Virus record (IMG/VR): IMGVR_UViG_3300007734_000759 | Location: 1 to 23,153 of that record | Reading direction: 5' to 3' (one strand) | Length of the DNA: 23,153 bases | From: a virus | In this document: piece by piece, positions 1 through 6,257 of the stretch | How positions within the stretch are numbered: the stretch's first letter is position 1 | How the letters are laid out: the number at the start of each line of letters is the position of its first letter | The notes under the pieces: model-generated | Database searches by the model: none | What the model was told of the DNA's origin: nothing | The model's input: the letters and a program-made list of their open reading frames with translations, nothing else | Position numbers and translations under genes: made by a program

Positions 1-1
1 A

Positions 2-259
2 CAAGGTTTAGGTCTTGGACAGTACTTAACAAAGTTAGAGGATGAATTGAATAGTACTTTTGAAGAACATGAGATAGGAGAATTTGGTTTAGGATTAGGA
101 GAGAGTGGAGAGTATGAAGGAAAGAAAGTAAGAGTGTTCTTTACAGGTCCTGATGATTGGTCTATTGTGATTGAGTATAGTGATGATTTGTTGATTGAGT
201 TGAATAGGATTGAGGATGTAGAGGAGTTGTGTGAGAAGTTAGGATTAGAAAGTTTTTAA
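2..259 (+). CDS. Acidic hypothetical protein, 5'-truncated by window edge
   Basis: The frame of ORF 47..259 stays open back to position 2 (QGLGLGQYLTKLEDELNSTF...). Its TAA at 257-259 lies just before the first cassette element. Confidence 0.7.
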   Translation, partial: QGLGLGQYLTKLEDELNSTFEEHEIGEFGLGLGESGEYEGKKVRVFFTGPDDWSIVIEYSDDLLIELNRIEDVEELCEKLGLESF

Positions 260-292
260 TATCTTAACAAACCTTAAAATCTTGGAGAGGAG

Positions 293-323
293 TTGCATAC
301 TTGAATTCCTCTCCCTATCTTTA
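293..323 (+). promoter_or_regulatory. Bacteroidetes sigma-type promoter, cassette 1, overlapped by a hairpin
   Basis: TTG 293-295, 20-nt spacer, TATCTTTA 316-323. Resembles the Bacteroidetes -33 TTTG / -7 TAnnTTTG consensus. Inverted repeat GGAGAGGAGTT/AATTCCTCTCC. Confidence 0.75.
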
Positions 324-343
324 GGTATCAAACAAAAACAGTT

Positions 344-505
344 ATGAAAACATTTATTATTGACCTCTACACAGGAAAAGTGGATGTCCTTCCTAAAGGA
401 GAGTTTAAAGATGCTATTGATGGACTTGAGGAAGTAGTGAGTGAAGGTGGTATTACATCCTATAGAGGAGAAGAGTACATTGTTGTAGTTCTTAAAAAAC
501 CTTAA
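344..505 (+). CDS. Small hypothetical protein, 53 aa (MKTFIIDLYTGKVDV...VVVLKKP)
   Basis: Hand-translated; below the ORF-track cutoff. The ATG is the conserved GTTATG of element 1 and the stop lies in the second CTTAA of element 2. Confidence 0.8.
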   Translation: MKTFIIDLYTGKVDVLPKGEFKDAIDGLEEVVSEGGITSYRGEEYIVVVLKKP

Positions 506-511
506 CAAAGG

Positions 512-541
512 TTGCATATCGAATCAATAGGAGTATCTTTA
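512..541 (+). promoter_or_regulatory. Bacteroidetes-type promoter, cassette 2
   Basis: TTG 512-514, 19-nt spacer, TATCTTTA 534-541. Confidence 0.75.
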
Positions 542-569
542 GGTATCAAACAAATAAACAAAAACAGTT

Positions 570-665
570 ATGGTAGTAGTAATCTTTATGCTGTTCCTGA
601 TCTTGATGGGTCTAGGAAACATGAACAAGAAAATGAACAGGTACAATCGAACAAAACTAAAGTAA
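570..665 (+). CDS. Small membrane peptide, 31 aa (MVVVIFMLFLILMGLGNMNKKMNRYNRTKLK)
   Basis: Starts at the GTTATG of element 2. Hydrophobic N-terminus with basic tail; TAATG stop/start overlap with the next gene. Confidence 0.7.
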   Translation: MVVVIFMLFLILMGLGNMNKKMNRYNRTKLK

Positions 666-865
666 TGAAGAAAATCAGATTAGTAGGTCGCTTAGCGGCA
701 TCAGCTCTTATAGCAATCTTTCTTGAAGGTTTGATGACATTGGGTCATGCATACAACTTCTCAGAGTACGGACCAATGGGATGGATCGTGCAAGGTTTGA
801 TCTTGGTATTGGTAGCTTGGATTGGTGCTGAGTGGCATGACCACGAAGAGAAGTTGAATTCTTAA
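665..865 (+). CDS. Two-TM small membrane protein, 66 aa
   Basis: Likely true start of ORF 512..865 (MKKIRLVGRL...), translationally coupled via TAATG. Two hydrophobic segments; stop supplied by element 3. Confidence 0.8.
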   Translation: MKKIRLVGRLAASALIAIFLEGLMTLGHAYNFSEYGPMGWIVQGLILVLVAWIGAEWHDHEEKLNS

Positions 866-876
866 AAAACCTTAAC

Positions 877-911
877 GGAGTGGGATCATAAGATCCCATT
901 CCCTATCTTTA
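877..911 (+). promoter_or_regulatory. Hairpin-type cassette element 3 with -7 box
   Basis: GGAGTGGGATC-ATAA-GATCCCATTCC (877-902), then TATCTTTA at 904-911. Confidence 0.7.
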
Positions 912-931
912 AGTATCAAAAGCAAACAGTT

Positions 932-1480
932 ATGAAAAAAGCATTCGCATTAGCAGCATTGGTCCTATCCTTAGCAAGCTGCACAAAGTCAAAGTGGGAC
1001 GACAACCAACCTGTATGGGTTTATGAGTTTTGGTACAAGAAGTACATGATCTTGAATAACGGAGATACTGTACAAGGTATCAAAGTGAAACCGGATCAGT
1101 TTGGTAATCCAATCAAAGAGCTAATCAACTACAGCGGTCAAAGACCTTCAGCTCAAGGATGGACACCTATCGAATTGAATGCTGAGCAATTGGAAAACGT
1201 TCGTTGGAATTTAGGTAAGGATGATGGAGGAGCAAGGACGTTACAAGTTTGGAAGACAAGGTATGCAGGGAAGACTTTGAAAGAGATGATGAACTTCGGA
1301 GATCCAAACCATGATGGGTATGTTATAGATCCTGCATATGAGAATATGACTGTGGAGGATCTTAAAGCAATTGTTGAAGTATATGAACCTGGAATCTTGA
1401 TTGAGCATACTACGTACAAGTTAAGTCAAAGAGGAGAGACTACAAGGATCAGAGAAGAGATGTATTCCAAGAAAAACTAA
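932..1480 (+). CDS. Lipoprotein (paralog of 1795..2274)
   Basis: Type II signal peptide with lipobox: MKKAFALAALVLSLAS-C. Shares ILNNGDTV and YxNxTxxDxKxIV with 1795..2274. Confidence 0.85.
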   Translation: MKKAFALAALVLSLASCTKSKWDDNQPVWVYEFWYKKYMILNNGDTVQGIKVKPDQFGNPIKELINYSGQRPSAQGWTPIELNAEQLENVRWNLGKDDGGARTLQVWKTRYAGKTLKEMMNFGDPNHDGYVIDPAYENMTVEDLKAIVEVYEPGILIEHTTYKLSQRGETTRIREEMYSKKN

Positions 1481-1504
1481 TATCTTAAAAAACCTTAACA
1501 GGAG

Positions 1505-1534
1505 TTGCATCCTAAGCAATTGGTTGTATCTTTA
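1505..1534 (+). promoter_or_regulatory. Bacteroidetes-type promoter, cassette 4
   Basis: TTG 1505-1507, 19-nt spacer, TATCTTTA 1527-1534. Confidence 0.7.
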
Positions 1535-1557
1535 ATTCAAGAAAGGAGAACAAAGCA

Positions 1558-1728
1558 ATGGAACAAATTGGTCTTTATGTAATATCAGGATTGCTTGTAG
1601 CAAGCATGCTTGAATACCTTAATGGTCAAACAGGAAGTGATATCAAACTTAACTTGTTCGACAGATTATTGTTCGTTGTACTATGGCCTTTGTTTGGAGG
1701 TATGTTAGTAAAATCTCTAATATCTTAA
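1558..1728 (+). CDS. Small two-TM membrane protein, 56 aa (MEQIGLYVISGLLVASML...LWPLFGGMLVKSLIS)
   Basis: Hand-translated. Follows element 4; stop supplied by element 5. Confidence 0.75.
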   Translation: MEQIGLYVISGLLVASMLEYLNGQTGSDIKLNLFDRLLFVVLWPLFGGMLVKSLIS

Positions 1729-1744
1729 AAAACCTTAACACCGG

Positions 1745-1774
1745 TTGCAGATCCAACCATCAGTCGTATCTTTA
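1745..1774 (+). promoter_or_regulatory. Bacteroidetes-type promoter, cassette 5
   Basis: TTG 1745-1747, 19-nt spacer, TATCTTTA 1767-1774. Confidence 0.75.
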
Positions 1775-1794
1775 GTTATCAAACAAACACAGTT

Positions 1795-2274
1795 ATGAAA
1801 AAAGCAATCTTAATCATCGCAGCAGTAATCACATTGGCATCTTGCTCAAAGCCAGAGCCATGTTGGGTTCAATTCACCCACTACAACGAATACGTGATCT
1901 TGAATAACGGTGACACTGTCACCTACGAAGATGGATTCGTAATGAGTGGAATGGCTACTGGAGCAACAAAGAGACAACTAACTCCACAAGAGCAAGAGCA
2001 ACTACAAAACCATCTCGACACAATGTGTCGTACAACGGTGAAGGGTTTCGAACCATTCCGTGACAAGGGAGAGAAGTGGAGAGAGATGGATTCCATTACT
2101 GGAAAGAAGCATACGTTGGATTACTGGATGAAGTTTCAAAACCATACCATCAAGGAGGAGTACAAGAACCTTACAGCGGACGACGTTAAGATGATTGTAT
2201 GTGATTACTACTACACCTACCAAATGTTCATGGATGATGGAGAGAAGAGATTGTACTACGACATCTTCGAATAA
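1795..2274 (+). CDS. Lipoprotein (paralog of 932..1480)
   Basis: Lipobox MKKAILIIAAVITLAS-C; shared ILNNGDTV motif. Confidence 0.85.
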   Translation: MKKAILIIAAVITLASCSKPEPCWVQFTHYNEYVILNNGDTVTYEDGFVMSGMATGATKRQLTPQEQEQLQNHLDTMCRTTVKGFEPFRDKGEKWREMDSITGKKHTLDYWMKFQNHTIKEEYKNLTADDVKMIVCDYYYTYQMFMDDGEKRLYYDIFE

Positions 2275-2300
2275 AAAGCAATATCTTAAAAAACCTTAAC

Positions 2301-2335
2301 GGAGTGGGATCTTCGAATCCCATTCCCTATCTTTA
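2301..2335 (+). promoter_or_regulatory. Hairpin-type cassette element 6 with -7 box
   Basis: GGAGTGGGAT-CTTCGA-ATCCCATTCC (2301-2326), then TATCTTTA. Confidence 0.7.
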
Positions 2336-2356
2336 GGTATCAAAAGCAAACAAGTT

Positions 2357-2503
2357 ATGGCAGCAGTTTACAAAGTAGAAGTAGTTTCACATTGGAAAAA
2401 CTACACTAAGGAAGAACTTGAAAAGATATTGAACGAAGCAATTAAAAAGCAAATTGAAACAGAATCAAATGAGATTACTATCGAAGTGCAAGAAAGAGTT
2501 TAA
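2357..2503 (+). CDS. Small hypothetical protein, 48 aa (MAAVYKVEVVSHWKNY...EVQERV)
   Basis: Hand-translated; starts at the GTTATG of element 6. Confidence 0.8.
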   Translation: MAAVYKVEVVSHWKNYTKEELEKILNEAIKKQIETESNEITIEVQERV

Positions 2504-2514
2504 ATAAAAAAGTT

Positions 2515-2721
2515 ATGACACAACAAACAGCAGTAGAGTGGTTGGAAAATGAATACAATACAAAGGGTAAATTGACTGCAGTTGACTTTTACCAAGCCAA
2601 AGCAATGGAGAAGGAGCAAATCAAATTAGCATTCAGTATAGGAATGAATAGTAGTGTAGATTACTTTGATGGAGTTACTGATGAGGATGAGAATTACTAC
2701 AACGAAACATTCAATAAGTAA
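2515..2721 (+). CDS. Small phage hypothetical protein (QTAVEWL-type N-terminus)
   Basis: ORF track; A-rich leader ending GTTATG. The MTQQTAVEWL...AKAMEKEQI pattern is one I recall from aquatic phage hypothetical proteins. Confidence 0.8.
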   Translation: MTQQTAVEWLENEYNTKGKLTAVDFYQAKAMEKEQIKLAFSIGMNSSVDYFDGVTDEDENYYNETFNK

Positions 2722-2747
2722 GAGTTCTTAAAAAACCTTAACAAAGG

Positions 2748-2777
2748 TTGCAGATCCAATCAATAGGAGTATCTTTA
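2748..2777 (+). promoter_or_regulatory. Bacteroidetes-type promoter, cassette 7
   Basis: TTG 2748-2750, 19-nt spacer, TATCTTTA 2770-2777. Confidence 0.75.
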
Positions 2778-2798
2778 GATATCAAAAGCAAACGAGTT

Positions 2799-2921
2799 AT
2801 GAATTATACTGAAAAGGAGATAAAGGTTATAGAGCAAAGAGCATATGACAAAGGTAGAATGGAAGGGGTTGTAGTAACCTTACTAATATGCCTACTGGGT
2901 TTAATCCTTGTGTTACTATAA
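2799..2921 (+). CDS. Small C-terminally anchored membrane protein, 40 aa
   Basis: Hand-translated MNYTEKEIKVIEQRAYDKGRMEGVVVTLLICLLGLILVLL; starts at the GTTATG of element 7. Confidence 0.75.
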   Translation: MNYTEKEIKVIEQRAYDKGRMEGVVVTLLICLLGLILVLL

Positions 2922-2927
2922 TAAAAT

Positions 2928-3040
2928 AGTCAGGTGGCGGAATTGGTTAGACGCTGCCCGTGGAGGGTTGATTGGTTCCGTTCGACTCGGACGTTGGAAA
3001 TGGTGTTCCACAAATACAGGTTCGAATCCTGTCCTGACTG
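2928..3040 (+). ncRNA. Non-canonical tRNA-like RNA (113 nt) with expanded centre and no canonical anticodon arm
   Basis: Perfect acceptor stem AGTCAGG/CCTGACT, Leu-type D arm GCG-GAATTGGTTAGA-CGC and T arm ACAGG-TTCGAAT-CCTGT. About 60 nt lie between the D and T arms. Confidence 0.75.
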
Positions 3041-3084
3041 CAAAATAAAGAATTTAGGTATTTCTTAAAAAACCTTAACAGAGC

Positions 3085-3114
3085 TTGTCATTCAAATCAA
3101 TAGGAGTATCTTTA
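3085..3114 (+). promoter_or_regulatory. Bacteroidetes-type promoter, cassette 8
   Basis: TTG 3085-3087, 19-nt spacer, TATCTTTA 3107-3114. Confidence 0.75.
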
Positions 3115-3135
3115 GTTATCAAAAGAAACAAAGCT

Positions 3136-3315
3136 ATGACAAAGAATCAAAAAAGCAGATTAGTTGAGGTGATCAACTTAAACATCGAAGAAGCAAATCG
3201 TCTATTCAAAACAAAAGAACAGTCTGATGCTTACATCATCGGCTTCCTGCAAGGAGTATTGAGAGTAGTAAGAGATGAACTTGAAGAAGGTATAGAAGAA
3301 AAAGTAATATCTTAA
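3136..3315 (+). CDS. Small hypothetical protein, 59 aa (MTKNQKSRLVEV...)
   Basis: Start moved from 3085 to the ATG after element 8; stop supplied by element 9. Confidence 0.8.
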   Translation: MTKNQKSRLVEVINLNIEEANRLFKTKEQSDAYIIGFLQGVLRVVRDELEEGIEEKVIS

Positions 3316-3331
3316 AAAACCTTAACGAGAG

Positions 3332-3361
3332 TTGATCATTAAACATTCAGTCGTATCTTTA
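3332..3361 (+). promoter_or_regulatory. Bacteroidetes-type promoter, cassette 9
   Basis: TTG 3332-3334, 19-nt spacer, TATCTTTA 3354-3361. Confidence 0.75.
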
Positions 3362-3382
3362 GATATCAAAAGCAAACAAGTT

Positions 3383-3541
3383 ATGAAAACAATCATGTCA
3401 CTAATCGTAGTCGTTCTTATCTCAAGTTGTATGTCAACGAACGGATGTATCGGAGGAGCTGATCATAATAAGAGAGTAGCTCAGAAGAGACATCACTATC
3501 GAGCTAAACATCGTTCATACACTCACTCATATTACAACTAA
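3383..3541 (+). CDS. Small lipoprotein with His/Arg/Tyr-rich tail, 52 aa
   Basis: Starts at the GTTATG of element 9; lipobox MKTIMSLIVVVLISS-C. Confidence 0.75.
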   Translation: MKTIMSLIVVVLISSCMSTNGCIGGADHNKRVAQKRHHYRAKHRSYTHSYYN

Positions 3542-3580
3542 TCTAATTTCTTAAAAAGTCTTAACAAAAGAAAAAAAAAG

Positions 3581-3610
3581 TTGAAGATCGAAAAGTAAGT
3601 AGTATCTTTA
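3581..3610 (+). promoter_or_regulatory. Bacteroidetes-type promoter, cassette 10 (degenerate element)
   Basis: CTTAAAAAGTCTTAAC at 3550; TTG 3581-3583, 19-nt spacer, TATCTTTA 3603-3610. Confidence 0.7.
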
Positions 3611-3660
3611 AGTATTGAAAAAATAAACAAACATTTAAACAAACATTAAACAAAAACGTT

Positions 3661-3906
3661 ATGAAAAATTCAAAAAACAAAACAACTGAAACTCAAGTAG
3701 TTAACACAGTAGTTGAAAAAGTAATCTCTAAATCAGACGTATGTCGTGAGTTAGTTATTAAAGACTCTACTATTACTTTAAAGTATGTGAATCAAGAATT
3801 AACAAAGAGAGGTTTTAATACTATGTACTACTCTGAGTTACTTCGAGTTAAAGTTCAAGTTAAGAAGATGAACGAAAAAGCTAAGACTGAAGAAGTTACA
3901 GCTTAA
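3661..3906 (+). CDS. Hypothetical basic protein, 81 aa
   Basis: ORF track; starts at GTTATG after a leader with repeated TAAACAAA units. Confidence 0.8.
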   Translation: MKNSKNKTTETQVVNTVVEKVISKSDVCRELVIKDSTITLKYVNQELTKRGFNTMYYSELLRVKVQVKKMNEKAKTEEVTA

Positions 3907-3937
3907 GTAAAAAAAGAATATGTAAATGATTGATACT

Positions 3938-3964
3938 GAGGAGCGAGAGCTCCTCTTTCTGTTT
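3938..3964 (+). terminator. Hairpin / probable terminator closing the cassette array
   Basis: GAGGAGC-GAGA-GCTCCTC (GNRA loop) followed by TTTCTGTTT. Confidence 0.55.
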
Positions 3965-4182
3965 CAACGAGTAACGTAGAAAAAAAATCTCGAATATGTA
4001 GTGACGTAGAAAATAATACGATAGCACTATGCACATAGTATGCATGTACTATATACGTACTAATAACACACACATTATCATACATATACGCACTATCTAG
4101 TATATGAGCACCTAATACGTTGAAATATAGGAATTCTAGATTTTCGCTTAAAGGCCATATATATGTATATATGTATATATCC

Positions 4183-4285
4183 CTTTCCCAACCCTTCTTA
4201 ACCACCTCCACCCTTTACCTTTCCCAACCCTCCTCTGGCGTAGAAGGCACCCCTACCTGTTTCCACCCTCGTTTTCTTTCCCAAC
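4183..4285. repeat. Three copies of CTTTCCCAAC in a pyrimidine-rich tract
   Basis: Copies at 4183-4192, 4219-4228 and 4276-4285. Confidence 0.75.
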
Positions 4286-4364
4286 TTTTTGGCGTATATT
4301 TCAATAGGGCAAAAAAAATTGAAACAAAAATTTTTCACCTATAGAAGATATATATTTATCATTA

Positions 4365-5423
4365 ATGAAAAGAGCTATTAACGAAAATACAATCCCAAAG
4401 TGGGTTGCCGACATTTTTAAAACTAAGAAAGAAAAGAGATCGGAACAAGATCAAGTAGATCTAGATAGATACGTGGCTGACTTACGTTTCACAGACCCCA
4501 AGAGGTACGAACGCCTACAGGACATACTGAAGCATGTTGATCCGGATACCGGGCACCTTCCAACCGGGTTAAACACTGGTAATGTTGATGAGTCGGTACT
4601 TGACGATATTAAAGCAAGTCCTAACAAATTTACAAATTGGGAATATAAAGATCCAAAAAATCCATCCCTCGCAAGAAGAATTGTATCAAAGGGTAGGAAT
4701 GCCAACGAAGCAGCTTTGTATGTTAAAATGAGGTATCCAGAATACCCAAAGCTAAACCCACAATACTTTGAGGATACTGGTGTGGTGGTTTCATTGATTG
4801 ATAGATATGTCGAGGCTATTTATAATGGAGAGACAGAGGCTCCCGAAAAAGGGGAGACTCCTTACTTTATGAGAGAAACTAATAACAAAATGAAAAAAAG
4901 TGATTTAATGGAAATGATCCGCGAGGTTATTGCGGAAGAAGTAGGTAAGGTGGATGTTGTCCTTCCTGGAGAAGGAGTGATCGCCTCCGTAACCCCTGAG
5001 CAGAAGAAAGAGCTAAACGGTAAGGGATTTACAAAGAAAGAGCTTAAGGCTTTCGGAATCGATCACGAAGCGATCCGGGATGATATCCGATACAAGGTAT
5101 CAGGTGATAAGTCTTTGCAGCTTACATCTATTCTAAATAAAATACCTGATAACCCGTATTCACATAAAAAAGTAACAGAAAATAAAATGAAAGTAAATCA
5201 ACTAAGACAAATCATTAGAGAAGAAATCTCTAAGGTGTTGAAAGAAAACGCCCTTGGTCTTTCCCCCGATGGAGAGATGTTGTTCAACAAGTGGAAAGCT
5301 GTAAAACTTAAATACAACCCTGAGCTCGCAGCAATGTCTGATGAAGAACTTCTTGCTATGATGAGAGAGTTCGAAAGACACGAAGAGGAAATAGATCGTA
5401 GAGAGCGCTTGAGAGATATGTGA
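4365..5423 (+). CDS. Hypothetical protein with two internal MK..L..(M/I)IRE.I..E modules
   Basis: 352-aa ORF with TATTTAT upstream (4353-4359). Motifs MKKSDLMEMIREVIAEE and MKVNQLRQIIREEISKVLKE. Confidence 0.8.
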   Translation: MKRAINENTIPKWVADIFKTKKEKRSEQDQVDLDRYVADLRFTDPKRYERLQDILKHVDPDTGHLPTGLNTGNVDESVLDDIKASPNKFTNWEYKDPKNPSLARRIVSKGRNANEAALYVKMRYPEYPKLNPQYFEDTGVVVSLIDRYVEAIYNGETEAPEKGETPYFMRETNNKMKKSDLMEMIREVIAEEVGKVDVVLPGEGVIASVTPEQKKELNGKGFTKKELKAFGIDHEAIRDDIRYKVSGDKSLQLTSILNKIPDNPYSHKKVTENKMKVNQLRQIIREEISKVLKENALGLSPDGEMLFNKWKAVKLKYNPELAAMSDEELLAMMREFERHEEEIDRRERLRDM

Positions 5424-5462
5424 GTATTAACAAATAGTTAAACTACATAACAATTCCTTAAC

Positions 5463-5494
5463 AGAGCCGCGTTAATTCGCGGCTTTGCTTTTTT
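5463..5494 (+). terminator. Rho-independent terminator overlapping a degenerate cassette-type element
   Basis: AGAGCCGCG-TTAATT-CGCGGCTTT plus T-run; preceded by CCTTAAC and followed by TATCTTTA at 5500-5507. Confidence 0.7.
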
Positions 5495-5543
5495 ATTAGT
5501 ATCTTTATAGTAAAGGTAATTAGTTAAACTAAAAGATACACTA

Positions 5544-6173
5544 ATGAAAAAACTAATGGTTGCGGTTGTATTAACGCTATTGACGTTATTTAATTTTCAA
5601 ACTGAGGCAAGACCTCGAACCCATAAAAAGCACGTGGGTAAAACCACGCACACACGAGTTCACAACCGCAAAAAGCACAAACCTCATCATAAGAAGGTTA
5701 GAAGAAAAAAGAATGTAAAAAGGAAAAATCGTTGTCCAAAATTCGCGCGGACTAATCCTAAGGCTGTTCACGACATAGTACTTGATATGAGTGCTAAGCA
5801 TGAGGTACCTGCTGAGATTGTGTTTGCCGTAATGTATTATGAGACTGGATACCGTGGTGTAGATCACAAGTCTTATAATGGTAAACGTGTCTCAAGATGT
5901 GGTGCCGTAGGACCTATGCAAATTATGCCTCGTTATGCTGGGAAGGTATTAGGACGTAGGGTGTCTCGTTCCGAGCTTCTAACCAACTACCATACTAACA
6001 TTGAGGTTGGAGTTAAGATGCTTGCTCGTCACTATAAGATGTACGGTTCTTGGTTGAGAGCATTGGGAGCGTACTCAACAGGCAGACCTTATGCCAACAA
6101 GTACGGACGTAGGATTCTCAACAAAGCTAATCAGATTGAAGAGCAAATGCTTATAGCAGGTACGAATTGTTAA
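5544..6173 (+). CDS. Exported lytic transglycosylase (SLT domain) with basic His/Lys-rich linker
   Basis: Signal peptide; SLT motifs AVMYYETG (catalytic Glu), GAVGPMQI, NIEVGVKML and ALGAYSTG. Confidence 0.85.
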   Translation: MKKLMVAVVLTLLTLFNFQTEARPRTHKKHVGKTTHTRVHNRKKHKPHHKKVRRKKNVKRKNRCPKFARTNPKAVHDIVLDMSAKHEVPAEIVFAVMYYETGYRGVDHKSYNGKRVSRCGAVGPMQIMPRYAGKVLGRRVSRSELLTNYHTNIEVGVKMLARHYKMYGSWLRALGAYSTGRPYANKYGRRILNKANQIEEQMLIAGTNC

Positions 6174-6219
6174 AATTCCTTAACACAGTTGCTATTTATG
6201 ATACAAGTTCGTATCTTTA
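6169..6219 (+). promoter_or_regulatory. Degenerate cassette-type element/promoter upstream of the lipoprotein and tRNA cluster
   Basis: GTTAAAATTCCTTAAC 6169-6184; TTG 6189-6191, 20-nt spacer, TATCTTTA 6212-6219. The spacer contains TATTTAT. Confidence 0.7.
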
Positions 6220-6257
6220 TATTATAACACAACAGAAACATTTAAAACCAAATTTAT

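Larger units (their letters stand above)
263..3663 (+). repeat. Dispersed ~75-bp cassette-junction element, 10 copies starting at 263, 491, 861, 1484, 1724, 2285, 2727, 3064, 3311, 3550
   Basis: CTTAAAAAACCTTAAC is exact in 8 copies, with variants at 263 and 3550. It is followed by (G)TTG-N19/20-TATCTTTA, then usually TATCAAA and an A/C-rich leader ending GTTATG or a close variant. Confidence 0.95.

Noticed and set aside
512-3382. ORF-track TTG starts at 512, 3085 and 3332 giving similar N-termini (SIGVSLGIK-like)
   Set aside because: These TTGs are the -33 promoter boxes, and the shared peptide is just the translated repeat. The likely starts are 570/665, 3136 and 3383.
263-3565. CRISPR array interpretation of the regular repeats
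   Set aside because: The intervals are 230-620 bp, variable and protein-coding; the repeat contains promoter boxes; no cas genes are present.
3936-3970. Hammerhead ribozyme suggested by CTGAGGA followed by a hairpin
   Set aside because: The required GAAA after stem II is missing; a terminator-like hairpin explains the sequence.
3903-4344. ORFs 3903..4211 (-) and 4120..4344 (+)
   Set aside because: They run through low-complexity repeats, have atypical composition and lack the A-rich leader seen before credible genes.
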